Part shown: in pieces, positions 17,057-26,073 of the stretch
Numbering within the stretch: the stretch's first letter is position 1
Layout: every line of letters begins with the position of its first letter
Virus record (IMG/VR): IMGVR_UViG_3300048856_000141
Span: 1-35,785 of that record
Reading direction: 5' to 3' (one strand)
Source: a virus
Lineage: Duplodnaviria; Caudoviricetes
Length of the DNA stretch: 35,785 nt
Translations under genes and position numbers: made by a program
Notes under the pieces: generated by a model
The model's database searches: none
Told to the model about the DNA's origin: nothing
The model's input: the letters and a program-made list of their open reading frames with translations, nothing else

Positions 17057-19484
17057 ACAATTGCAGGCGCTGCTGAAATCGGTAGACCAGGCGACGCGGC
17101 CGTTTAAATCCCTTCAGAATGAAAGCGCAAGGCTGACCGCGAGCATCCGTGATACCCAGACCAGCATGAAAATGCTGCAGGCGCAGGCGGCCAGCATTGA
17201 CGGTTTCCGTAAAACCAGTGCCCAACTGGCCGCCACCCAGCGGCAATTAAAAGCGGCGAAAGCCGAAGCGGCGGCGCTGGCGCTACAGTTTAAAAACAGC
17301 GCCAGTCCTACCGCACAGCAGGCGAACGCCTTTGATAAGGCTCGCCAGAAGGCGTCGCAGCTGGAGGATCAAACCCTCAGCCTGCGCCAGTCCGTTCAAC
17401 AGCAGCGCGCCGCGCTGAATGACGCCGGCATTTCCACCAAAAAACTGAGCGATGAGCAGCAGCGTCTGAAAAATAATTCAGCGCAGGCGGGCGCAAATCT
17501 GGCGCAGCAAAAACAGGCGCTACAGCGCGTAGAGCAACAGCAGGATCGCCTTAACCGGATCAAAACGCGCGGCCAAAAAGGGCAGGCGCTGGCCCGTAAA
17601 GTGAGCAATGGCGTTGGCGCCGTCGTTGCCGGCGGCCGGGCCGCCGTGGAAACGCATCAGAAACTGATTGCGCCCGGCATGGCATTTACCGCGCAGCTGG
17701 CTGACACGCAGTCGCTGCTGCATGTCGGCAAAAACGATCCGCAGCTGGCCGCGCTTGGTCAGCAGGCGAAAGAGGTTGCTGCTGCGTCAGGCGTTGCGCC
17801 TACGGAGGTGGCGCGTACGCAAAGTATGCTCGCCCGTGCCGGCTATGACGCCGATGCCATCCTGGCGGCGACGGAGCCGACGATCAACCTGCAAATTGCC
17901 GCTGCATTAGACAGCGCGGAGGCAGCCGATATTGTTACCCGTCTCCAGGGCGCGTTTGATATTCCGCTGGCCGATGCGGAGCGCGTAGCCGATGTGATGA
18001 CCGCCGGAACCGCCCAGTCCACCACCAGCCTGCGGGCGCTGAATGAGGCGATGAAAGCGGTGGCGCCCGTAGCGCACGCCGCCGGTGCCACCCTGGAGGA
18101 GACCACGGCGGTGCTGGGCGTGATGGCTGATAACCAGCTAACAGGCGCCGCCGCGGGCAGCAGCGGCAGCGCTATTTTCAGCCGCTTGCAGGCGCCGGAC
18201 GCCCAGGCATCGGCGGCGTTGCAGGCGCTGGGCGTGAAAACGCACGACGACGACGGCAATATGCTGCCGATCCTGAGCATCCTTAAAAGTATCGATCGCG
18301 CCTTTAAAAGCAGAGATATTGATGCCGAACAGCAGGCTGGATACGCGAAAAGCCTGTTTGGCGCGGATGCGGCGGCGGGTTCTCTGAGCGTGATTAACGC
18401 GGCCGGTAACGGATCGCTGGCGGAAAAACAGGGTCGGCTGGCCAACGCAAAAGGCGCAACGGCCAGCCTGGCGGGCGTTCAGACTGATACGCTGGCGGGC
18501 GATATAAATAAACTGTCGTCCGCCTGGGATGGCCTGAAGATTGATCTTTTCACACCCCAGGAGGCCGCATTAAGAACGCTGACCGAAACGGCCAGCGGCT
18601 GGGTGCAAACCGTCCGGCAATGGCTACAGGAGAATCCGGCTTTAGCGGACTGGGCCGGCAAAATTACGGGCGTGCTGACGCTGTTGAATAGCGGCCTTGG
18701 CGGCATGGGCATGGATGCCGGCACCGCCGTCGGCGGCATTATGACGCTGATCAACGGCGCCAGGCTGCTTGGCCCGGTGTTCAGCGCGGTAGGCGGCGCG
18801 ATCGTGACGGCGCTTGGCACGTTAACCTGGCCGGTTGTGGCGCTCGTCGCGGCGCTCGTGGCGGGCGCGTTGATAATCCGTAAATACTGGGAGCCGATTA
18901 GCGCCTTTATCAGCGGCGTGGCGGAAGGTTTTACGGCGGCGATGGGGCCGATTAGCGAATCCTTTGGCACGCTTACGCCGGTCTTTAGCGAGCTCAGCGA
19001 AAAAATTAAGGCGCTGTGGGACTGGTTCAGCAAACTGCTGGAGCCGGTGAAATCGACCCAAGCGGAGCTGGATTCTGCCGGTGAGATGGGCAAGAAATTC
19101 GGCAATATGCTGGCGGAAGCGCTGAAGATCCCGACAACGGCGCTGAATCAGCTGCGCGGCGGTATCGACTGGGTGCTGGGCAAGCTGGGCATTATCGACA
19201 CCAAATCCAGCGACCTGAAAGATAAAGTGCCGTCTTCCGATGTGGCTTCGTCTGATGGCGCGCCTTATCTGCTGCCGAATACCGGCGTGCCCTACCGGCC
19301 GATGGTAACGCCAGCGGCGGCGATGGGATACCACGATCAGAGCCAGAACAGCTATCAGTACGACATTCATATGCTGCCTGGCATGACCAGAGAAGATGTG
19401 GTGGCGATGATCCGACAGCACCAGGAAAACGAGCGGCGTAACCAGCAGACGAGCGCGCGCAGCAATATGTATTTGCGAGGTTAA
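17049..19484 (+). CDS. T: Tape measure protein gpT (811 aa)
   Basis: LKSVDQATRPF start, Ala/Gln-rich helical protein, IRKYWEPISAF. Confidence 0.93.
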   Translation: MSKQLQALLKSVDQATRPFKSLQNESARLTASIRDTQTSMKMLQAQAASIDGFRKTSAQLAATQRQLKAAKAEAAALALQFKNSASPTAQQANAFDKARQKASQLEDQTLSLRQSVQQQRAALNDAGISTKKLSDEQQRLKNNSAQAGANLAQQKQALQRVEQQQDRLNRIKTRGQKGQALARKVSNGVGAVVAGGRAAVETHQKLIAPGMAFTAQLADTQSLLHVGKNDPQLAALGQQAKEVAAASGVAPTEVARTQSMLARAGYDADAILAATEPTINLQIAAALDSAEAADIVTRLQGAFDIPLADAERVADVMTAGTAQSTTSLRALNEAMKAVAPVAHAAGATLEETTAVLGVMADNQLTGAAAGSSGSAIFSRLQAPDAQASAALQALGVKTHDDDGNMLPILSILKSIDRAFKSRDIDAEQQAGYAKSLFGADAAAGSLSVINAAGNGSLAEKQGRLANAKGATASLAGVQTDTLAGDINKLSSAWDGLKIDLFTPQEAALRTLTETASGWVQTVRQWLQENPALADWAGKITGVLTLLNSGLGGMGMDAGTAVGGIMTLINGARLLGPVFSAVGGAIVTALGTLTWPVVALVAALVAGALIIRKYWEPISAFISGVAEGFTAAMGPISESFGTLTPVFSELSEKIKALWDWFSKLLEPVKSTQAELDSAGEMGKKFGNMLAEALKIPTTALNQLRGGIDWVLGKLGIIDTKSSDLKDKVPSSDVASSDGAPYLLPNTGVPYRPMVTPAAAMGYHDQSQNSYQYDIHMLPGMTREDVVAMIRQHQENERRNQQTSARSNMYLRG

Positions 19485-19487
19485 ACC

Positions 19488-19973
19488 ATGATGATGATCT
19501 ACGGCATGATGCCGTTTGTGCGTGAGACGCTGCCGTATAGCGAGCTGCAACAGAATGTCACCTATCGCTGGCCGGTGACCAACCGCGTTGGGCTACGGCC
19601 AGCAGCGCAGTTTATCGGCGTGGGCGATGAAAAAATCATGCTAACCGGTGAGCTACGGCCCGGCATTACCGGCGGCGTGAAGTCGGTACTGGCGTTTAAA
19701 ATGCTGGCGGATGAAGGTCGGGCCTGGCCGCTGATTAGCGGGAACGGCATTATTTACGGCATGTACGTTGTCGAAAGTTATGCGGCCACGCACAGCGAAC
19801 TCTATGCGGACGGCGGCGCGCGCAAAATCAAATTCACCCTCAACCTGAAGCGCGTGGATGAGTCGATCACCTCGCTCTACGGCGATGCCAAAAAGCAGGC
19901 CGCAGGGCTGTTTAGCGATCTTGGCCAGCGCGCGGGCGAGGCCATTAACGCTATTGGAGGGCTGGCATCATGA
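19488..19973 (+). CDS. U: Tail protein gpU
   Basis: YRWPVTNRVGLRPAAQFIG, LTGELRPGITGG, LKRVDES. Confidence 0.92.
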   Translation: MMMIYGMMPFVRETLPYSELQQNVTYRWPVTNRVGLRPAAQFIGVGDEKIMLTGELRPGITGGVKSVLAFKMLADEGRAWPLISGNGIIYGMYVVESYAATHSELYADGGARKIKFTLNLKRVDESITSLYGDAKKQAAGLFSDLGQRAGEAINAIGGLAS

Positions 19974-21124
19974 CCAGCCTGCCGGTAGCCACGCAGCTTA
20001 CCCCCGATTTTACCCTGAAGGTCAATGCGCAAGATGTGACCTTTGACATTCGCGATCGGCTGTTGTCCCTGACGCTGACCGATAATCGGGGTTTTGAAGT
20101 GGATGAACTGAAGATTGAGCTGGATGACGCTGACGGTCAGCTGGCGCTGCCGCCGCGCGGCGCCGTTCTGTCGCTCTCTCTTGGCTGGAAAGATTCGGCG
20201 CTGGAGGATAAGGGCGAATTTACGGTTGATGAAATCACGCATCATGGCGCGCCGGACCAGCTGACCATTATTGCGCGCAGCGCAGATCTTCGCGGCCCGC
20301 TGAACGTGCAGCGTGAAGCGTCTTATCATGACACGACGCTGGGTAACGTGGTGAAAGCGCTGGCCGCTCGCAATAAGCTGACGCCCGTGCTGGCTGAAGG
20401 TTTCGCTGAAATAGCAATCGCGCATATTGACCAGACGAAGGAGTCCGACGCCGCGTTTATGACGCGCCTTGCCTCGCGGTATGGCGCAGTGGCGGTGATT
20501 AAAGCGGGAAAGCTGCTGTTTATTCGGCCGGGCAACGGCGTAAACGCCAGCGGCAAGCCATTGCCGCCGCTGACGCTTACCCGTCAGGATGGCGACCAGC
20601 ACAGTTTCAATATTCCCGATCGTGACGCTTATACCGGCGTGAAGGCCAACTGGCTGCATACGAAAAAGGCAATGCCAAACTGCGTGACGCTGCAGCGCAC
20701 GGTAAAGCCAGCCTGTTCGCCTGCGCCGCAGCATCCTGCCGCGCAAAAGAAAAGCGGCGCGGCGGGTGCGTCAGAGTGTGAGCAGGGCGAATACCTGGCC
20801 GGCCGCAAAGACAACGTTCTTACGCTGCCGACCACCTATCCCACCGAGGCGGCCGCGATGCAGGCTGCTAAAGCGGAATGGGAGCGGCTACAGCGCACTG
20901 TCGTGACATTCAAACTGAAGCTGGCGCTGGGCAGAGCCGATCTGATGCCTGAGACCCCGGTAAGGGTAAGAGGATTTAAATCGGTGATTGACAGCCGCTT
21001 GTGGATTATCAGTAAGCTAACTCACACTGTGGACAGTGCGGGCTTTACTACGGCGCTTGAGTTTGAGCTTCCGTTGAAGGGAATGGAGTATAAGGCGGAT
21101 TATGAGAATGAAAACTCACAATAA
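19970..21124 (+). CDS. D: Baseplate hub gpD
   Basis: LTDNRGFEVDEL, DEITHHGAPD, HIDQTKESD, GRADLMPE. Confidence 0.92.
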   Translation: MTSLPVATQLTPDFTLKVNAQDVTFDIRDRLLSLTLTDNRGFEVDELKIELDDADGQLALPPRGAVLSLSLGWKDSALEDKGEFTVDEITHHGAPDQLTIIARSADLRGPLNVQREASYHDTTLGNVVKALAARNKLTPVLAEGFAEIAIAHIDQTKESDAAFMTRLASRYGAVAVIKAGKLLFIRPGNGVNASGKPLPPLTLTRQDGDQHSFNIPDRDAYTGVKANWLHTKKAMPNCVTLQRTVKPACSPAPQHPAAQKKSGAAGASECEQGEYLAGRKDNVLTLPTTYPTEAAAMQAAKAEWERLQRTVVTFKLKLALGRADLMPETPVRVRGFKSVIDSRLWIISKLTHTVDSAGFTTALEFELPLKGMEYKADYENENSQ

Positions 21125-21151
21125 GTGAATTCAGTTGCCCTTTTTGTGAGT
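21114..21151. promoter_or_regulatory. CI operators at the ogr/B promoter
   Basis: ACTCAC-N5-GTGAAT (21114-21130) and a weaker TTGCCC-N5-GTGAGT (21135-21151). 186 CI is known to repress pB directly. Confidence 0.65.
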
Positions 21152-21192
21152 TTGTTGTATTAATAAAGGGTCACTACAGGGAGATTCTTTTT

Positions 21193-21411
21193 ATGATGCA
21201 TTGTCCGCTTTGCCAGGCTGCGGCCCATACCAAAAGCAGCCGCTATATCTCACGTGAAACCAAGGAACGCTACAACCAGTGCCAAAACATCAACTGTAGC
21301 TGCACCTTTAAAACCCATGAAACCGTGGCCGGAATGATCGTCTCGCCTGGCGTGACGAATAAGGTGCCGGTGGTTAAAGGGGATAAAAAGCAGGCGTCAC
21401 AGGCTTGCTGA
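21193..21411 (+). CDS. ogr: Ogr/B late-gene activator (zinc finger)
   Basis: MHCPLCQAAAHTKSSRY..TKERYNQCQNINCSCTF. Confidence 0.93.
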   Translation: MMHCPLCQAAAHTKSSRYISRETKERYNQCQNINCSCTFKTHETVAGMIVSPGVTNKVPVVKGDKKQASQAC

Positions 21412-21510
21412 TAAAGGTGCCGTAGCGCCGAGCTCGGCTTCATTGCCCGTATGCGGTTTTATAGAGATTGGCGGAAGGGTTAAGCTCGGCAGCCTGCGCC
21501 GTTTGTCTTA

Positions 21511-21550
21511 ACAGAAGCGGGGAGTGTTTCAGGACATTCCCCGCTTCTGT
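21511..21550. repeat. 17-bp-stem hairpin at the junction of the two elements
   Basis: ACAGAAGCGGGGAGTGT-ttcagg-ACATTCCCCGCTTCTGT with one G-T pair. No U-tract on either strand. Confidence 0.7.
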
Positions 21551-21776
21551 CAGAGAGAAGCCGCGACGTAATGCTGCTGGCCTGGTATTTCCGATGCCAT
21601 CACAGTCTGGCAGCCCGGAAGTCGCTCTACTCTTATACGGCGATTCCTTACTGTGCAGGCGCAACTTATTACGCTCGATTCAGCGAATGCCATTTTAACG
21701 AATGGGAACCCACGATCCGAAAGTGGCGTTAGCCAGTGCGGTAAGCCCGCTTCAGGGTTCCCTGAATCCGCCTTAT

Positions 21777-22346
21777 TTAATCGTTTAAAATACGTTGCTT
21801 TTGCTGCTGGAATTCTTCTTCAGTCAATATTCCCGCCTCTTTCATTTCTGCCAGACGCGTCAGCTGTGCCATTTTATCATCAAAAGTTTTTGCGGCCGTG
21901 GACGGTTGCTGCTGCTGTGGCTGGCTGACCTGGCCGATATTTTTTCTTGTCTGGTTGATTAAGTTTGTAAAAGGAATCACGGTATCTTTTATCACGTTTT
22001 TTATCGTGTAATTTTGGCCGCTGGTCGAAATGGTAATTTCACCAAAGATTAATCCTGTTTTACCGCCGACGCTTACAATGCTGTTAAGGTTTACATCCGT
22101 TTGCCTGACACCATAAAGCATTCCCTTATCGAGGAAAATAATGCGTTCACTGGTGAGCGTAATGAGCCACGTATTGCCGTCCATCATTCCACTGGCGATA
22201 GCCAGCGGCTCTTCTCCATCGTTTAATATTTCGGGTAAATGGAAAAATTCTTTTTTGGTACCCACGGATATGTCTGATACCTTTGCTGCCAAACGCTTCA
22301 TTTCTGCTTTTAATTGATCTTTAGTTGCTGCTTTGTAATTTATCAT
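21777..22346 (-). CDS. Bacterial PH-domain protein with C-terminal SHOCT domain
   Basis: LITLTSERIIFLDKGMLYG...GEITI (PH-like), a Gln-rich linker, then LTRLAEMKEAGILTEEEFQQQKQRIL (SHOCT). Confidence 0.85.
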   Translation of the reverse strand: MINYKAATKDQLKAEMKRLAAKVSDISVGTKKEFFHLPEILNDGEEPLAIASGMMDGNTWLITLTSERIIFLDKGMLYGVRQTDVNLNSIVSVGGKTGLIFGEITISTSGQNYTIKNVIKDTVIPFTNLINQTRKNIGQVSQPQQQQPSTAAKTFDDKMAQLTRLAEMKEAGILTEEEFQQQKQRILND

Positions 22347-22439
22347 TTTGCACTCCGTTATTTAATAATTGCTTTATTATTTTAATATTGCCCTTTACAA
22401 ACCGATATTGCCGCATCGGTAAAAAACGGAGTTTGCCTT

Positions 22440-22640
22440 ATGCGCCCTGGTATTACAATTGCTGGCTCTGCATTTTAGCCGCCTTTAGATGCAGCTTGTC
22501 GCCGCAGCGGAACCCGCCGGTTGGCAGAGCAATGATTGCAACACGCCGGGCTAAAGGGAGGAAAAGGTGATAAACAGGATAAACCGTTGGTGGGAAAGGT
22601 ATTTCTGGCAGCGACGCCTCGTGGTGCTCTGAACGACCGG
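22440..22640 (+). pseudogene. cox: cox-like regulator/excisionase pseudogene
   Basis: GGAG RBS, then MRPGITIAGSAF*PPLDAACRRSGT...*..., versus recalled phage Cox MRPNITIVIPEPYLPLDEYCRRTGT. Two in-frame stops. Confidence 0.7.
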
Positions 22641-22666
22641 GTGAGGCGGCTATTCTTCAGGTAATG

Positions 22667-22685
22667 AAAACCCCAGATATGGGGT
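22667..22685 (-). terminator. Possible terminator after the second ogr
   Basis: ACCCCA-GATA-TGGGGT with an A tract at 22667-22670. Confidence 0.4.
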
Positions 22686-22948
22686 CAGGCGGACGTTTTC
22701 AGCAGCTCCATCAGCGTTTGCCGATCTTCGCCATTAATGGATGAAACCAGGTTTTTTAACATATTCTCTTTATTTTTAGCGCCAGGACTGATGGTGTGGG
22801 AAAACGTAACATTCATAACAAACGTGTGACCACATTCATAATCTGAACAGGCGCAATACAAATCTGATAACTCCCGGTGTTTGCGTACCGTTTTCTTTAT
22901 TATGGATTTTTCACCGCAAGCAGGACAGTCAATTCTCATTACGCGCAC
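22685..22948 (-). CDS. Second Ogr/Delta-like zinc-finger activator (HP1/K139-type)
   Basis: CPACG...LYCACSDYECGHTFVMNVTFSHTISP. GGAG RBS and GTG start. Confidence 0.9.
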   Translation of the reverse strand: MRVMRIDCPACGEKSIIKKTVRKHRELSDLYCACSDYECGHTFVMNVTFSHTISPGAKNKENMLKNLVSSINGEDRQTLMELLKTSA

Positions 22949-23159
22949 GTTTTTATCTCCAGCGGAATAGCATCGCTGTATTTTATCCGGTTACTCCCTG
23001 TTGTTCACTCTCCCCAAGGCCCGTTTTGATAAATCTTGTCTGCTGGTTGCTCCCTGCGACAGATAACAAATTAAATTAGCAGTCTGAGCAAGTTTTAGTT
23101 TCCCTGAACGCTTTTTATTGGCTGTGGAATAACTTTTGGCGAACTATTTTCGTTATTAA

Positions 23160-23220
23160 TCGGATAACTATTTATATCCGAAATAAGCCGGATGCGGCAG
23201 GGAAATAAATTAGCGATACT
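23160..23220 (+). promoter_or_regulatory. Candidate late promoter of element 2
   Basis: Dyad TCGGATA-N8-TATCCGA (23160-23181) and -10-like GATACT (23215-23220), placing the dyad near -56. Confidence 0.6.
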
Positions 23221-23324
23221 TTAAATGCAGCAAGGAATCCTGCTACAGAAAAAGGATTATCTGGAGCGGGCGCAGGGATGCGAATTTATAGTGACGCTGG
23301 CCCGATACTGAAATACAGGGACGC

Positions 23325-23465
23325 GCACTGATTGATGGACGGTTTACCCGCGTGGAGCGGCGTAAAAGCCATCCGGCGAGGGAAAAGAATGTAATGCGAT
23401 TAAGCCTGTTAACGAAATCTACCGTTATCGTCCAGCGTACTAAAGAGCCGGGAAACCTGATATGA
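23325..23465 (+). pseudogene. 3' relic of a head-completion (gpL-like) gene
   Basis: FTRVERRKSHPAREKNVMRLSLLTKSTVIVQRTK resembles recalled FATIGRRESHPGQES..RASLLAEASVVIRRMK. The stop overlaps the next ATG (ATGA). Confidence 0.6.
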
Positions 23466-23950
23466 GCCAGCTAAAAAGCCTGACGGCATTTATTACTGAA
23501 GCTGTTCCTCCCAGCGTGATGGCCGGATTTGACAGCCGCATGGACGAAATACAGCTCATTCCAGCGCACCGGGATAACGGGCTGGGGCAGTACCGGCTGG
23601 CCATTATTCGCTACAAAGCCGTATTAACCTGGGCCCGTTTTCCCTGTCAGGAATATGACCCCACATTTTTGATGGCGCTACTGCTCTCCTGGCTTAGTCA
23701 GGAAGAACGATCGGTATTTGAAGAAATCGGCATTGATTCAGAGCGGCCCGGTTTTGATATAGATCCCATCGACAGCGAAGCGGCAAAGGTCGCGCTTACG
23801 CTGCCGATGGCGGAGGAACTGAATTTGGTGCCAGATGAACAGGGGCCGATACCCTTTGACGGCCAGCGCTGGAAGCTGGCCGATCCGGACATCTGGACGG
23901 CAACGGAGGCTGACTTCCTGCCGGTGGCTGCAAATGTTGATTCAGTTTAG
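23462..23950 (+). CDS. Tail completion protein (gpR-like, HP1-type)
   Basis: MSQLKSLTAF..GLGQYRLA..RYKAVL.W.RFP..GPIPFDGQRW.L..P.IW.A. Position before the sheath. Confidence 0.8.
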   Translation: MSQLKSLTAFITEAVPPSVMAGFDSRMDEIQLIPAHRDNGLGQYRLAIIRYKAVLTWARFPCQEYDPTFLMALLLSWLSQEERSVFEEIGIDSERPGFDIDPIDSEAAKVALTLPMAEELNLVPDEQGPIPFDGQRWKLADPDIWTATEADFLPVAANVDSV

Positions 23951-23994
23951 AGAAATTCAACGGCTAACGCCGGTGAAAACAACGGGTTGTTCAC

Positions 23995-24155
23995 CGTTTG
24001 CTGAAAGGAAAGCCCGCCAGAAACTTATGGCAGATTAACTTACCCGTACGGGATTTCCGGGATCGGGCAGGTCGATTTTGTCAAAGCGCTGGCCCGCCAG
24101 TTTTGGGCTGTCGGGTATGGCTGGGATGTTAATGCGCAAATATAAAGGGAAAATT
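23995..24155 (+). pseudogene. 3' relic of a virion-morphogenesis (gpS-like) gene
   Basis: RLLKGKPARNLWQINLPVRDF, then after a frameshift GIGQVDFVKALARQFWAVGYGWDVNAQ. Matches the recalled C-terminus ..SWTVDLPARVFLG..FDKALARQLQAIGFGW.V.AQ. Confidence 0.7.
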
Positions 24156-25304
24156 ATGACGTGGCCAATAGTACAGATTAATCAGATTAATCAGCTACAG
24201 GGCGAAACAAACGAAATTGAGCGCGTGCTGCTATTCGTCGGCACCGGCAGTAAACACACGGGGCAAACGCTGTCCGTGAATACGCAGACCGATTTTGACG
24301 CGCTGCTGGGCGAAGACGACAGTCCGCTAAAAAGCATGCTGAATGCGGCAATGCTGAACGCGGGTCAGAACTGGTCCGCCTGGGTGCGCGTTCTCGCGCC
24401 GGTTAACAGCGAAGACGAAGAGGCGCCGGAGGCAGAAACGTGGCAGCAGGCCGTTCGGGCGGCGCAAAGTGTCGCATCGGTTGAAGGTGTGGTACTGACC
24501 GACGCGATTGCAGATAAGCCTGTTATTAATCAGGCGGCAGCGCTGCGAAATGAACTGATCGCGAAATGGGGCCGCCAGGTCTGGTTTATGCTGGCCGTGC
24601 AGGCGCCGCAGGCAGACGAAACCTGGGCGGATTACGTTGAGCGGCTGACGACGTTGCAGGATGGTATTGCGGCATCCGGCGTTCAGCTCGTGCCGTGCAT
24701 TTTTGGTAATGAGCCGGGCGTACTGGCTGGCCGCCTCTGTAACCGTGCGGTGACGATTGCGGACAGTCCGTGTCGCGTCGTCACCGGCGCATTACTGGCG
24801 CTGGGACGTGACGATCTGCCGGTTGATGCCGAAGGCGTAACGCTGGAGTTAGCGACATTGCAGGCGCTGGAGGCGGAGCGCTACAGCGTGCCGATGTGGT
24901 ATCCCGATTATGACGGTTACTACTGGTCTGACGGACGCACGCTGGATGTGGAAGGCGGCGATTTTCAGGCGATCGAATATGTGCGCATTGCCGATAAAGT
25001 CGCGCGTCGTATCAGGCTGCAGGCCATTGCAAAAATCGGTGACCGTTCGCTGAACAGTACGCCGGGCAGTATCGAGGCGCATCGGTCGCTGTTTGCCAAA
25101 ACGCTGCGTGAGATGGCCCGTTCAGTACGGATTAACGGCACGCTGTTCCCTGGCGAAGTAAAGCCACCTCAGGATGATGACGTCACGATTGAATGGGAAA
25201 CGTCGGTAAAGGTGGGAATTTATATGGTTATCCGCCCCTATGAGTGCCCGAAAGGCATTACCGTCAGTCTGATGCTGGATAAAAGCCTTACGGAGAATGA
25301 ATAA
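24156..25304 (+). CDS. Tail sheath (HP1-type, DUF2586-like)
   Basis: MTWPIVQINQINQLQGETNEIER, GVLAGRLCNR, YSVPMWYPDYDGYYWSDG, RSLNSTPGS. Confidence 0.9.
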   Translation: MTWPIVQINQINQLQGETNEIERVLLFVGTGSKHTGQTLSVNTQTDFDALLGEDDSPLKSMLNAAMLNAGQNWSAWVRVLAPVNSEDEEAPEAETWQQAVRAAQSVASVEGVVLTDAIADKPVINQAAALRNELIAKWGRQVWFMLAVQAPQADETWADYVERLTTLQDGIAASGVQLVPCIFGNEPGVLAGRLCNRAVTIADSPCRVVTGALLALGRDDLPVDAEGVTLELATLQALEAERYSVPMWYPDYDGYYWSDGRTLDVEGGDFQAIEYVRIADKVARRIRLQAIAKIGDRSLNSTPGSIEAHRSLFAKTLREMARSVRINGTLFPGEVKPPQDDDVTIEWETSVKVGIYMVIRPYECPKGITVSLMLDKSLTENE

Positions 25305-25306
25305 CG

Positions 25307-25765
25307 ATGAGCAAACGTATTTCTGGTCAGTCGATTGACGTCCGTTTCGATGGCGACCTGATCCATATGGAAAAAATCTCGCTTGATATTACAGACAACA
25401 CCGCTGCCGCCCAGACTCGCGGCGTGCCGGATGGCTGGGTATCGGGGGATGTTGCCGCCGAGGGCGAGGTTGAGCTGAGTAGCAAAGCCTTTCAGCAGCT
25501 GGCAGCGGTTGCCCGCCGTGCCGGTAGCTGGCGCGGAATTGAGCCAGTAGACATTATGTTTTACGGCAAAGCGGGCAGTGAGGAGCTGAAAATTGAGGCG
25601 TTCGGCTGCAAATTTTCGGTCAGCAACCTGCTGGATGACGATCCGAAAGGGGGTTCAGTGCTGACGCATAAAATTAAATATGTCGTCACCAGCCCGGATT
25701 TTGTCCGCATCAACGGCATTCCGTATCTCTCTGCTGACGATGTCCGTGACTTAATCGGCTATTAA
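25307..25765 (+). CDS. Tail tube (HP1-type, DUF2597-like)
   Basis: KRISG, TRGVPDGWVSGDVAAEGE, VTSPDFVRINGIPYL. Confidence 0.9.
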   Translation: MSKRISGQSIDVRFDGDLIHMEKISLDITDNTAAAQTRGVPDGWVSGDVAAEGEVELSSKAFQQLAAVARRAGSWRGIEPVDIMFYGKAGSEELKIEAFGCKFSVSNLLDDDPKGGSVLTHKIKYVVTSPDFVRINGIPYLSADDVRDLIGY

Positions 25766-25784
25766 AAATATCCGGCTGGTGGTG

Positions 25785-26072
25785 TTGAAAATATCCTGCC
25801 AAAGAAGCCCGATACGAAAATGATTAAGCCTGTATTGGCTACGGCCTGTGTCTGAATAATTTGTCAGGATATATAACGCCACCGCCGGAATAGCGAATCA
25901 ACCCTGTCAGGGAAGAGCGGAAAGAAGACATCCGATAAAATATCGGCGCGTTAATAGCGTAACCGATAACAATGTGGCTGAAGCGCTAACTAACGGAATT
26001 AACCTTTATTCTGACTGCGCCGCGCGTCGTCACGCGCTGGCTGATGCAATTAATAAATTCGAGGAGATATAA
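25785..26072 (+). pseudogene. Eroded spanin relics where the lysis cassette stood
   Basis: Frameshifted fragments MIKPVLATAC / FVRIYNATAG / TLSGK (i-spanin-like) and NVAEALTNGINLYSDCAARRHALADAINK (o-spanin-like). No holin or endolysin ORF fits in the 308-bp gap. Confidence 0.65.
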
Positions 26073-26073
26073 A

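Larger units (their letters stand above)
1857..21411. mobile_element. Element 1: head-less, integrase-less 186/P2-like prophage remnant (putative R-type tailocin)
   Basis: 186-like order cI-apl-early genes-A-tum-[no head genes]-X-lysis-R-V-W-J-I-H-invertase-FI-FII-E-T-U-D-ogr. Confidence 0.9.

Noticed and set aside
14784-20746. Long antisense ORFs (14784-15767, 18822-19550, 19877-20746 and similar)
   Set aside because: Shadows of GC-rich sense genes with no recognisable motifs.
22976-22991. LexA box upstream of the second ogr
   Set aside because: CTGTATTTTATCCGGT lacks the CAG half-site at the required spacing.
22989-23106. Short repeated motif ggtt(a/g)ctccctg / gtttccctg upstream of the second ogr
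   Set aside because: Only two good 12-bp copies with uneven spacing, which I cannot distinguish from chance without statistics.
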